Origin: Sphaerodactylus townsendi
Taxonomy: Eukaryota
NCBI RefSeq assembly: GCF_021028975.2
Contig: NC_059429.1
Location: 28,086,001 to 28,150,000 of the forward strand
Length of the DNA stretch: 64,000 nt
Direction: 5' to 3'
Shown: one piece after another, positions 52,086-64,000 of the stretch
Numbering within the stretch: the first letter of the stretch is position 1
Layout of the letters: each line of letters opens with the position of its first letter
Position numbers and translations under genes: made by a program
Notes under the pieces: generated by a model
Told to the model about the DNA's origin: nothing
Databases searched by the model: none
What the model saw: only the letters and a program-made list of their open reading frames with translations

Positions 52086-52544
52086 TTCATGCACACACAC
52101 ACACTTATGCACATGCATCTATAATCTATAACAAACACGCACACAAGTGGGTGATCTGCAAGGGTTTGTGGGGGTATATCATCTTTCTCTTTACCACTAT
52201 TTCTTTCTATCCTTTCTTGAAAGTCCCCATAGCATTTCCCCTTTTCCTTCTTCACTCTTTCTTTTCTACCCATGAGCCAACCTACTTTTATCTGCCCCCT
52301 TGTTAGCTTTCCCTACTTCCCTCTCCTGGAGGTGGGAAAGACTGGCCCAGCTCTATGGTGCTGGCTGCTTACCTGCAAAGACTTGAGGGGAAGCAAGCCA
52401 CTTTCCCTGGTATCTCCCTCCTGATATAACTTCCTTTTTTCCCCTTTATCCTGGCAGCCCCAGTATCATCTTCCCTCCTCTGCTTCCCACTTACCAACCA
52501 ACTTACCTTCTATCTGCCCCACATTTTTAGTTATATGTAGCATT

Positions 52545-52765
52545 TATTTACTTCATTTATACACTTTTCTCCCTAATGGAGGCCCAAAATAGCTTACATC
52601 ATTCTCCTCTTCATTTTAATCTCACAACAACCCTGTGAAGTAGGGGAGTCTGAGAATATGTACCTGGCCCAAGATCATCCAGCAAGCCTTCATTGCACAA
52701 GTGGAGATTTGAACCTCGGCCTTCCAGATCCTAGTTCAACATACTTAACCATTACACCACATTAT
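52545..52765 (-). mobile_element. Old MIR/Squam3-like SINE
   Basis: ctcacaacaaccctgtgaagtagg..ggcccaagatcatccagc..tttgaacc..ttaaccattacaccac. Confidence 0.7.
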
Positions 52766-55069
52766 GGTTGCTTAGCAGTGGCCAGAAAGACCATTTGTTT
52801 CTTTAAGGTACAGACGCTGCTTGTGTTATTTAGTGTTTTTTTTTAAAAAAAAACCCTTCTGTATTTTTTTTTAAGATTCCATATTTTTCTGCCCTGTTTG
52901 TCCCTGCCCATTTTCTTAAAATACATGGTGGGTGACAGAACAAGTATTGGTTGCATACTGTCACTTTGTCCAATGAAGCATTTAGCCTTCCATGCAGGGA
53001 TCATTCTTCTTGAGAAAGACCCTGTTGCATAGGAGGGGAAAAACCTGTTTGAGGAGGGATCTTGCACAAGAGTAATGCTTTACATCTACCTGAGTGGAGT
53101 GGTTGGATTCTCAGACTTTGGCCATCCTCCAGTAGAACAAAATATAGAGCTCTGCATGCCCTTGACATTTTCTACTTGATTCAAGGAATAGTTTATGAGG
53201 CATTGCTAAACTGAGTTACATCCTTCTAAACCCAATGACTTCTCCAGGTTTAGAAGTCTGTAACTCAGTTCAGGTTTGCACAGATAATTTGTCAATAAGC
53301 AAAATATCTCCCTGGATCACAGGGTAAGAGACCATCTCAAGACATGCACCTACCACTAATTACCCTCACTCTTTTTGGAAGACCATATACCTGTGCCTCC
53401 CCTTGTAACAATCCTGTAAAATCATGCATCTCTTACCAGCTGTGCATGGATACATACTAGGACTTAATAACCTGTGTGTGGCTCTTTTCTCTCTTTTTTG
53501 AGCCTCTTTTACTTCTCACAGCCTTGGGAAAGGGGGGGGGGTTGTCAAGCATTTGGCTGGTCACAATGCACAGTCGGTGGGCTACACTCAGCTTGATGAA
53601 CCATAAGTGATGTAGGCCTGCTGTCCTTAGATAAAAGCACACATTATCCCTTCCCTTCTCATAACAATGACTTTAATTGTAATCAGAGCAATAAAAGTTA
53701 CAGAGGTCAAGTACCAATCGCAGCAGCAAATTGAAATCCCAAAACACACAGCTACTGAAATTTTATCTGCAATGAAAGCATCTTTTTCCCCCTGTAGTCC
53801 CAAACTACACATGTTCAATCAAACTCCTTTTTAATATTTTTCAGGCATCGTTACTGAGATTTAGAAAAGATGAGCAGCTTCAAGAAATGCAGACTCTCAC
53901 ATTTCCACGGGGCTGGCAAAACATAGCTATAAAATGTTGTATATTAGTTTTTATGTTGCAATGAGTTTCAGTTTCCATGATACATTACTGAAGGCATCCC
54001 AAGACAGAGGGACTGGCTCTGAAATGTGGATATGTTTATTTGAACAAGAACAAAAAAACCACCCTCCATTTTAAATTGGTTTATTATTTGACAGAAAAAT
54101 GCAGAGAAGCTGAACTTTGAACTTGCTTTAATAAACCAATTAAATCCTTTCTACTATCAATACCTTTATCATCAAACTCTATACACAGGGCTGTGTATAA
54201 GAATCTATGCATACTGTCTATTGTGGCTTTCTCACAGGGCTGGATCCAAATCAGTAAGTCACTGCGAGACAAAGATGCCATACATCATTAACATAGCTGG
54301 AAGTTAACATGACTTTCATGGATCATGGGGCTGGTTCCAGCATTTGGAATTCCTCCATATGGACACTATGCCTTTGGATGCAGCCATGTGGATCAAGAGT
54401 ACTGGCTGGCGTAATACACCCACAAATTCAGGCACCAATTCCTGGCCGAGATTAGCATTAGCATGATAAGGGCCCCTTTCTCAACTGCCAAGTTGTGATG
54501 CTGTATTTGTGGTTGCAGCTTCCTCCATGGCATATCAATATGGTCATGCTGGTTTATTTACAAAAAAAAGCATCTTGACTTCTCAAGCAGGGAAACAAAT
54601 ATTTAATGTTACAGTGGGTGATTTGGGGCCAGTCACCTACTTTCACCCTAACCATCCTCATAAGGGATAAAAAAATGAGAGAATAATATTAGCTGCTTTG
54701 ATCCCACTGTGGAGAAAGTTGAGGTATCTATGAAGTATATACATAATAAATACAGCTGAGGTTGGGAGGCAGATGAAAAGTAGGTTGGTGAAGGACTGAG
54801 AAGGAAAAAAAGGGAGGAAAGGAGGAAGGAAAAGGGGGAGATGATATGGGGGTGGCTGGAAGACCAAAAGAAGAAATATTGTAGAGAAAAGTGAAATGAA
54901 AGTGAGGTGTCCTTGAGGGTTCTACCATGCAAGTGGGCCTAGTCCAATGGCTGGCACCACACAACTGGGGCACAGTTTTCCTAGGCAGAGACTATCAGGC
55001 AGTGAAGAGAAGGGAAGCTTAAGACAGAGGGGCAAATAAAGGTAGGTTGGTTGTTTAATGGGAATGAGA

Positions 55070-56135
55070 TAGGGATGCCAACTCCAGGTTAGGAAATTCC
55101 TAAAGATATATAGGGGTGGAGCTTGGGAAGTGTAGGCTTTAAGAAGGGGAGAGACCCTTTTTAGTGTTTTTTTTCCAGTCTTTGGCCTGTAGAGGGCACA
55201 GCTTTTAGGCTAGCAGCACCAAAATTTCAGAGATTTTTTGGAAAGGGGGTCCAAAGTTACCATCCCCCATTGTTTCCAATGGGAGCTAATAGAAGATGGG
55301 GGCTACACTTTTGAGGGTCCATAACTTTGGACCCCCTGAACCAAACTTCACCAAACCGGGGTGGTATCATCAGGAGAGTCTCCTAAAGATACCTTGAAAT
55401 TTTGGTGCTGCTAGCTTAACAATTGCACCCCTGACAGCAGGCACCCCCCAAATTTCCCCAGATTCTCCTTTTAAATCCCCCCCTTTGGCATGGATTTAAA
55501 GGGAGAATCTGAGGTCCCCAGTTTAAACACTGAAAGTGATTCTGTTTCAGGGTGGGGGATAATTCACCACAAAACAGCATCACTTTCAATTTTGTTTTAA
55601 CTGAGGACCCAGATTCTCCCTTTAAGGTGGATTTAAAAAGAGAATCTGGGCTCCCTAGTTTAAACACCATTGGAAGTAATGCTGTTTGAGGGTGGATTCC
55701 AGCATCACAGCAGCCGCCCATGCTCCCCCCCCCCAAAAAAAAAACTCAGATCTTGCACCGGACTCCATTTTCCCTAGTTACGCCTCTGCTTGAAGGGAAG
55801 GGCAGAAGGAACTGCCAGCTGCTGGCTGGGAGCCCAGCTGGTGGGGGGGAGGGCAGGGGAGTCTGCCATCCCCAGCCTTGGAGAGCTGCTTTTCTAAGCA
55901 CTGAGGCTGTGGCGGGGCTTGGGGAGGCGTGGCCATGCCCCCAGGGCAGGTGGGGGCATGGCCCTGCCCCCCAAACCCACCCCATTAAAAATCTATACCT
56001 AAATCACTGGCTCCACCCCCAAATCTCTAGGAATATCCCAACCTGGAGCTGACAATTGTAATTGGTCTCTGTAGTTGGGTGATCTGTTGTGATTTCTGGG
56101 TAACTCCAAACCCCACGTGGAGGTTGTCAACCCTA
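55070..56135. mobile_element. tagggttgcca-type MITE with a nested, truncated composite hAT (55157-56009, minus)
   Basis: tagggatgccaac / gttgtcaacccta; the interior is the reverse complement of the 15375 family and ends tatacctaaatcactg. Confidence 0.75.
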
Positions 56136-58135
56136 CCAAGGTGAGAAAGAGGAGGAAATAGGGAGAGGCTATGGGGGCTTTCAGGGAAGGGTAAGAGGAA
56201 ATAGTGGGGGAGGGAAAACAGCAATTAACATTGCTGTAAATTCATAACAGCAATGGTGAGCCAAGAGAAGATAAAAATAATAGAATCTCTTTTAATCTTT
56301 AATTTTATGTACAAAGCAGAATAGGCAGACTGTGGACTTGCGAGGAATGAGAGCTTGTTATCAGCTTTCAAGGAAATCCGCAGTGCCCTTGTTCATGGTG
56401 GACTGGACATCAACTGGATTTTACTGGCATATCTTTCTTGTTTTCTTTCTTGTTAATGCAATCTCATCAAAACTGTTTCACATACCTTAGTACACAACTT
56501 GTGTGACTTTTAATAAGTAGATTTGCCAGGTGCAGTACTAGCAGGTGGCCCCTAATGCTTTTAAGGCTGGAAAGGAAATGATTACATTATGCATTGTGGA
56601 TTGGTTGTGCCCTCCATTTGGTTACAGGACAAGAACAATTTAAATATTGGCTCTGTGAAGGAATTATGTGTGTTGCACCTGTTTGTTTTCATAAAACAGA
56701 GCTACCTTGGGGTGAGGGGAGAGGAGGAGGGAAATTGTAGCCATGGACACTGTGACAGTTTGGTAAATTTGTGTTTCTCCCTCTTACTGATTAAATTTCT
56801 TGACATCTACATGGGGGAGTTAATTACTGGAAGGCAAATTAACACCCCTGTAAGATAACAGAGTAAACAATAATTATATTAAGGATGTGGGGATGTTGCT
56901 GAGGTTTTTCAAAGCCCAGTATAAAAAGAAGACCATTAGTTTGGGGAAAGGGTCAAATGGAGTGAACTGTATTGATTAATGTCTTTCCACTCAGTGATTA
57001 TAAAGTACCTTCAGTTGCCAGTGAATCTTCTCTAGACTTTTTCACAAGGAATCTTTCAATTAAGACCTGGCATGGAACAGCCTTTGCATACTAAATAGCC
57101 ACCACTCCTGAGCTAGCAATCGGTCTGTTGTAATCAGAACAGTGACTAAAATGTACTGAGTGAACCAGACAGTTGCTCTTCTCTTGGAAGGATGAAAGAC
57201 CATTTTCAGTGCCCAAATAAACCCACAATTTCATTTGAGTTCATGAGCATTTCAAAAGTTGGAAGTCTGTATGATCACATTTTCTAGTTTACTGTTCAGA
57301 CAATGAAAGAGAACTACCTTTATTTTAAAATGTCAAAACTGTCCTAAAGACTGGTATGAACAATCTTCCCACAAATGAATTTCCCACAAATGCAATGTAA
57401 AATGGCTTCAATTATGTCATTGTGTATGCTATACAAAGTCTTCAAAACACATGAATGGGGGGAAGCCTCAAAACATTTAAGGTTCATTCACTTATTTATT
57501 TACTTTTAATTATTTATAATTTGCTACTGATGTGTTTTGTCAGGAGGTTTAGATCAAAATACCATTTAAAACACACATGTAAAGCAATCAAACAAAAGGG
57601 AAAATACATGAAAAGCTTCCTTATACCTAAACCTTACCTACAGTTACTAGAAACCTAAATCCTTCACTGAAGATCCAGCAAATCCAGAAAGTACAACAAC
57701 TCAATAGCCAATTATGTGTCAGTTTTACCAAGGACTGTATTGTTGACTGTGACTGGTAGCAGCTATAGCTCTCCATGTTTTCTGACCAAGGAAGGTCCTT
57801 CCCAAAACCCACTACATGAGATCCTTAACTGGAGATCCCAGGCATTGAGACTTGGATCTTCTGCAACTAAAACATGCACTCTACCACTCTCTGACAGCCA
57901 CTCTCTGACAGACCAAGAAAGTGAGAGGCTGGAAAGCTCTGGTTGTCTCTAGTCAGAAAACAAACCATGAGCCCAAAAGGAAGACACTGATGTGAGTAAC
58001 TCTGGACCATTCCGCACAACACAATATGTCTTGTAGACATTTTAAAAAGAATAATTTCTTCTTTTTTGCCCACATAACATGGACAAATTAAGCATTTCAC
58101 CCCAAAAAGGTCCTTTAGCCTGCCTCCCTCCCACC

Positions 58136-58859
58136 TAAGGACATAGGTTAGGGGGGGTTTCTGGGTGTAAACCCAACCATTACATGTCCGAAGCTAAGCT
58201 CCCCCGCCCCGCTTGTTTTTTTTGTATTTTAGTGTATTTTTTCAGTTTTTGGCCTGTAGGGGGTGCAACTTTTAGGCTAGCTGCACCAAAATTTCAGAGA
58301 TTTTTCAGGAGACACTCCTGATGCTACCATTCATGTATGGTGAGGTTTGGTTCAGGGGGGTCCAAAGTTATGGACTCCCAAAAGGGGACCTCATTCTCCA
58401 TTGTTTCCAATAGGAACTAATAGAATATGGGGGCTACACATTTGAGGGACTATAACATTGGACCCCCCTGAACCAAACTTTAAACATTGAAAGTGATGCT
58501 GTTTCAGGGTGGGGGATAAAAGGAGAATCTGGGCTCCCTATTTTAAACACCAATGAAAGTGATGCTGTTTGTGGGTGGATTCCAGCATCACAGTCTATTA
58601 GGGGGGCACAAAAATCAGATTTTGCACCAGGCTGCATTTTCCCTAGCTACACCTCTGTCTGGAGGAGAGGGCAGAAGGGACTGCCGGTTGCTGGCTGGGA
58701 GGCTAGCTAGTGGGGGGGTAGGGGGTGCGGGGCAGGATAGTTTGCCATCCCTGGCCTCAGAGAACAACTTTTATAAGCACTGGGGCCAGGGGCGGGGCTT
58801 GGGGAGGCGTGGCCACACACCCCGAACCCACCCCATTAAAATCTATGCCTGCATCACTG
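58136..58859 (-). mobile_element. Composite hAT element (15375 family)
   Basis: taaggacataggt..gcatcactg; TSD ctcccacc / cccccacc. Confidence 0.8.
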
Positions 58860-58991
58860 CCCCCACCAATTGTTAGACCTCTCATTTCCGTTTTCTGAAC
58901 AGCTTGTACCCGCCATTTTCTGCTGCTTCGGGATTCTCTGTGCCGCCCGCAATTTGCAGAAGGTTTCCACAGAGGTTTCCTCTGCTTGCAC

Positions 58992-59929
58992 CAGAGGCGT
59001 AGCTAGAAAAATGGAGCCCGGGGCAGAATCTGAGTTTTGCGCGCCCCCGTAGGTGACCGCCCTCCCCTCCCCCATGACCAAACAATGATTTTTTGCACCA
59101 GGTCATTTTCAAATGGGATTGCGGGGGCAGGGAGAGCTTGTTTTGCCCATGGATTTTGTGATCCATGGACACAGCCAGATTGCTGGAGATGGGTGGTGGT
59201 GGCAGAGCTGGCTCTGCCCATGGAATCTGTCAGAGAGAGGGGAGCTCCAGCCTCAGCATTTGTGCCAAGGCTGGAGTGCTGGAGGTGTCTGCTGGGGGAG
59301 GTGAAGGCTTCTGCTGGGCCCCTGCAGGCCTGACTAGGCTTTTGGGTCGGGGAGGGGAGGCTTCTGCTGGGTCCCTGCAGGCCCGGCTGGGTTTCTGGGG
59401 TGGGGGAGGAGGGAGGGGAGGCTTCTGCCGAGCTTTTGCAGTTCCAGCTGGGCTTTTTGAGAGGGGAAGAAGGGAGGGGAGTCTTCTGCCGGGCCCCTGC
59501 AGGTCCAGCTGGGCTTTTTGGTTGAGGGGGAGGGAGGGAAGGCTCCTGCCAGGCCCCTGAAGGCCCTGCTGGGCTTTTTGGGGTGGACAAGGAAGGAGGG
59601 GAGGCTTCCGATGGGCCCAGGCCAAGCCCCCTCCCCTGTGCCCCACTTACCTTTGGTGCCGCAGTGGTCTGGGGCAGCCTGGCAGGGCCTGGCCTCCTTC
59701 CCTCCTTGGCCTGGCCCTTCCCCATCAGACTGCTCTTTCAGCCAGCAGAGGGATCAGTCCTGAACAGACTGCTCTTTCAGCTGGCTCTGCCGAGAGCAGT
59801 CTGTTGGGGTGGGGCCAGGCGATGCAGGAAGGGGGATGGGTTTGGGGCAATTGTGCTCCCCCACATGACTTAAGTGTAGGGCGACTGGATCAATTGTCCC
59901 CAGATGTCCCCATTGTAGTTTCGCCACTG
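58992..59929. mobile_element. hAT MITE with ~55-60-bp internal tandem repeats
   Basis: cagaggcgtagcta / tagtttcgccactg; perfect TSD gcttgcac; unit gaggcttctgctgggcccctgcagg at 59290-59620. Confidence 0.9.
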
Positions 59930-62121
59930 GCTTGCACCTCATCTCTTTGCAATTTCGGTCTAAAAAGTACATGAATAAAGTTAGTTTTCACTGCTGATTC
60001 AGCACATGTTTTGTTTTTTTGGTTTTGAGGAAGGTGTCTTTGAATCTACAAAGACACAATATGAGAATCAGCAATATGCATACATTTCGAGTCTTTGTAG
60101 CTTTAAAAAGACCTCTGTCAAAATAAAACAAAAGGAAAAGTGATATATGGTGTGCAACACAGAGAATCCCAAGAGGCAGAAAACATCTGTATTCATATTT
60201 CACATTTTGAAATGTTGGTTTATTAAGCACTGTAAGTTTTGATTAAACTATGGTTTTGTAAGGACTACTTGTGGTTGATAAATCAGCTTCAAACCCTAAC
60301 TTTAGATCAAGGATTGATAAATCTTAATTTATATGAGTGGCACACATTCCATTGTGCAGTAAAAAAAACAAAACTAAGATGTTCCATGGAAGGCAGGTCT
60401 ACTCAATGCTTCTCAATGGGAGGCAAAGCAGTCCTCTGAGCAGCTAAGATTCTTTTATGCATGTCTGCAGAGTTACAAAAATAGTCTTTGAATTTTTTTT
60501 TAAAAAAAAGGAAAACCAGAATTGGCAAGACCATCTGACAACAATTATGTACTTTTTGGGCTGAAAAGGTGCCCAGGATTGGAGCCTGCAGAGCAAACAT
60601 CCTGGGGCAACCTTCAGCAAATGAAGGCAGGGAGAATCTCTTCAGCAGCATACAAAATGTTGGGCACAAGCAGAGGGTGAAACTGACCAGACAGCAAAAT
60701 GCGGTCTGGTGGGAAAAATAAGATGCCTCCTCATGAGCTCCGCATTCTGCAGTCAGGCAGATGACATCTTGCAGGCACCTTAAGGGGAAAAGGTGCACTT
60801 CAAAGAGTTTTCAAAAAAAGATGCCTTGAGCTGAAATAAGGCATCCTGAGGAAATTTTGGGGAAAAAGCTTTGTGGAATTCGTTCCCAAGACACCTTTTT
60901 AAAGATTCTCAGGACATTCTTTATCTGTGCTGTGCAGAATGGACCAATTATTTCTTCCCCCTGCTCTTGAATGGTTTTCATCTGTTTGGATTTTCAGTGT
61001 CACCTTCATTCATATCTTCTCTCTTTAAAAAATTTATATGGCAATAAGAAAAAAAATCTTCAGCAGTTTTTAAAAATAGGTATAGCCAGCAGATTCAAAA
61101 TGGCAACTGTAAATATTTTGTGGTTGATGGATAATCCATAAGAGTCTCTTGTGCATCTCTGTAGTTAAAGGACTAGTCTTGGAATCCCAGTCTGAAATGA
61201 GTGACTGAAAATATCAGATTCATTCCTTTCTGCTGAATGGGAGGGAGGTTTTAATGAAAAAAAAAGTTTAATAACACCCAAACGGGCCATGAAAAGGGGA
61301 AAGGAATGCAAGGTGTCTTCTACCTCTAAATCCTTTGATATAATATTCAGTCAATGGCTGTAGCAAATTGTCTTTCCTAGTAGAACTTCCTTATGAATTT
61401 TCTTTATTGCTTTAAATCCCATCAGCTTAGTCGAGCAGTTTTCGGCAAGAGAATGTTAATAATTCAATCTCTATGAAGAAGTGAAAAAATAAAGAATGCA
61501 AATGGGAGCAAAAAAGGTAAGGCTATAGTAATACAGATCCCCAGCTGAGCACACTGATGCGGATTCACAAATTTCAAAAGGGAATTAAGCGGATTTCAAC
61601 CCGTGTTCAGATGTTTGGTGCTGTGTTCCAGGTAAATCTTGCAGTATCTGGGTGAAGCTGATGACTGCACTTTGTTGAAAATAAAACTCACCAGCATTCA
61701 TCAGCAGGCGACCCATCCATTGTTAAGGAATTACATATTGTATCTAGTTAATACAGGGACTCAAAGCTAATTCACGTGGAAATCCAATTTCAGTTCAATG
61801 GGTGTACTTTAATCACCACCATGGGAAAAGTTCAAAGTCAAAAATGATTTTGGTAAAAATATAAAGTGGAAGGGGGGCTCAAAATGGAAATAATTGAGGG
61901 GTCACCAGCAGAAATGACCACCCCACATTGCCCCCTTATCTGCCACAGTTATAGAAATGTGCAATAGGTCATTACTACCTTGTGTTGTCTACCCCATCCC
62001 CATGAGTGCCAAGGATGTAGAAAGAATGTGCAGAAATACACCATATGGTGGCATCACACCAGCAGAGAGGGCATTAGATGCAGGGTGTCATTTTGAGAGG
62101 TAAATTCACACATGTCATCAC

Positions 62122-63513
62122 TAAGCTTGAGCAATATCGAAAAAATTCAGGAAAATTCGGATTCAGCTTGATTTGGCTAGAAAATTATCAGTATGGCTGG
62201 ATTAGCCAAATCCCCAATTCGGTATACCCGAATTTATTTGGGATCGTTAGCATTTTTAGGCATTTTAAGTGTTTTTTTCATTTTTGGTCAGTAGGAGGGC
62301 ATTGTTAAAGCTAGTGGCACCAAGATTTCAGGGTATCTTCAGGAGACTCTCCTAATGACACCACCACAGTTTTGTGAAGTTTAGTTTAGGAGGTCCAAAG
62401 TTATGGACACCCAAGGGGGTGCCACCATCCCCCCATAGTTTCCAGTGGAAGCTAACAGGAGATGGGGACTCCCCCTTTGATGGTCCATAACTTTGGACCC
62501 TCTGAACCAAACATCACAAAACCTAGCTAATATCATCAGGAGAGTATCCTGAAGATACTCTGAAAGTTTGGTGCCACTAGGTTAATAAATGCATGAATAG
62601 ATAACATTATCATAATCTCTGCTCTGAAATGGCTCCATTGCAGCCAATGGAGAATTTCTGGGTGTGTAAGCACGGTGCACATATTTCAAGGTAGAGGCAC
62701 CAAACTTTCAGGGTGGCTCCAGGAGATACTCCTGGCATGAACACCCAGGTTTGGGGAAGCTTGATTTAGGAGGTTCAATTTTCTGGACCCCCAAAAGGGT
62801 AGGACACATCTCACTCCATCCACAGAAGCAAAGTTCATGAAACCTGTGTGGTGTCATCAAGAGAGTCTCCTGAAGATACCCTGAAAGTTTGGTGCTTTTA
62901 CCTTGAAAAATGTGCCCCCCAGACACCCCCAGAAATTCGTTATTGGCTGTTATGGAGTCAATTCAGAGCAAAGCTCTTCAGCAAATTCCATGGTGGGAAA
63001 GACTTCAATGGGGCTTGCTCCTTTTAAATCCTTGCCTTGATCCCTTGAAATCCTGCACCCCAATCCATGCCAAATGAACAACACCTCCCACGTTGTTTAA
63101 AGGGAGGCCAAAGATTCTCTTTAAATCCACCCCTTGGGGAGGACTTAAATTTAAAGGGACCCTCTGGCCTCCCTTTAAACAACATGGGTCTGTTTAAATC
63201 CTGATCCCCAATCCATGCTGAAAGAACAACACTTTCCACATTGTTTAAAAGGAACCTAGAGGCTCTCTTTAAATCCATCCCCATTGGCATGGATTGGGGG
63301 GGGGGGTGGATTTAAAGGGACCCTCTAAGCTCCCTTTAAACTCCCCTGAATCGATTTGAATGCCTGAATGGTGATTCATATTTGAGCATTCAAATGGATT
63401 TGGATTCAGCTTGCATTTTGGGAGCTTGAATTTATCCCGAATACAAGCCAAATTTGCCAAATCAGACCCAATTTGGCTTTTGGCTATTTGGGCATGCTGA
63501 ATCACCAAGCCTA
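62122..63513. mobile_element. Non-autonomous hAT (TAGG-type ends)
   Basis: taagcttg / caagccta; perfect TSD gtcatcac; ttcgg/ccgaa subterminal repeats. Confidence 0.85.
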
Positions 63514-64000
63514 GTCATCACAGTTAGTTTTGCCACCAATATATGATATCGTTTGAGTTAGTTCAAATCATATCTTGTCTAGGCACATGTGTACCTACTA
63601 CTCATTCTGAAGCTTTCAAAATAAGAGCTGCACAACAAACTGTTAAAAATGAAGCACAATTTTCTGAGGGCACAAAGTTCCTCTTTTTACTCATTTCTTA
63701 GGAGAGGAAGGGCAAGCTAAAGCTACGTAGAACTTGTACATACTGCAGGTCCCCTGCCTGGAGATTCTAGCAATACCAAGCCTGGATCAGTGATGTCATT
63801 TAAAACATGGCCAATCATTTAGTTCAGTTTATTTGTTTAGAACTTTTTTTCCTTCCTAGATTAGGTTGAGAGTCCATGACTGACCTAAGGTAAGCTTCAG
63901 GGCAAAGTGGAATTTTGAACTTGGTTAATTCAGATCCTACTCCAGTACTACACCCCATTGGCTTTCATAGTTAATAGGTCATCAGAGGTACATGAAAAAC

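Larger units (their letters stand above)
58004..60945. mobile_element. Putative Harbinger-like element hosting two nested hAT MITEs
   Basis: TIR-like ggaccattccgcacaacac / gtgctgtgcagaatggacc; no clear TSD. Confidence 0.5.

Noticed and set aside
59003-59725. 240-aa Pro/Ser-rich ORF
   Set aside because: Translation of tandem repeats inside a TSD-bounded hAT MITE.
49258-64000. Preceding BRINP3 exon (and the last exon in 1-49034)
   Set aside because: Expected peptides (GLQVLLP..CNCP and YWLTRIQSFLYCNENG) do not appear in the ORF track or in my reading, so these exons probably lie outside the window.

Overview
Vertebrate genomic DNA, most likely a gecko (inferred from Squam3-like SINEs with squamate-type Penelope, CR1, L2, RTE-X-like and hAT repeats). 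The only recognisable host coding sequence is a 223-bp minus-strand exon of BRINP3 (FAM5C) at 49035-49257, matching the penultimate coding exon. The rest of the window is therefore best read as two large BRINP3 introns; neither neighbouring exon is visible. The introns are dense with transposons: many hAT MITEs with 8-bp TSDs, Harbinger-like MITEs, a non-autonomous Helitron, RTE-X-like/L2/CR1/L1 relics, Ngaro-like repeats, a tiny solo LTR and Penelope fragments with hammerhead ribozyme cores. The most notable unexplained feature is an intronic CpG-rich, promoter-like segment (about 34.2-35.2 kb) with splice donors pointing outward on both strands. It may drive a short BRINP3 isoform and an antisense RNA. 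Repeat family assignments come from motif recall, not database searches. Most ORF-track entries are spurious.
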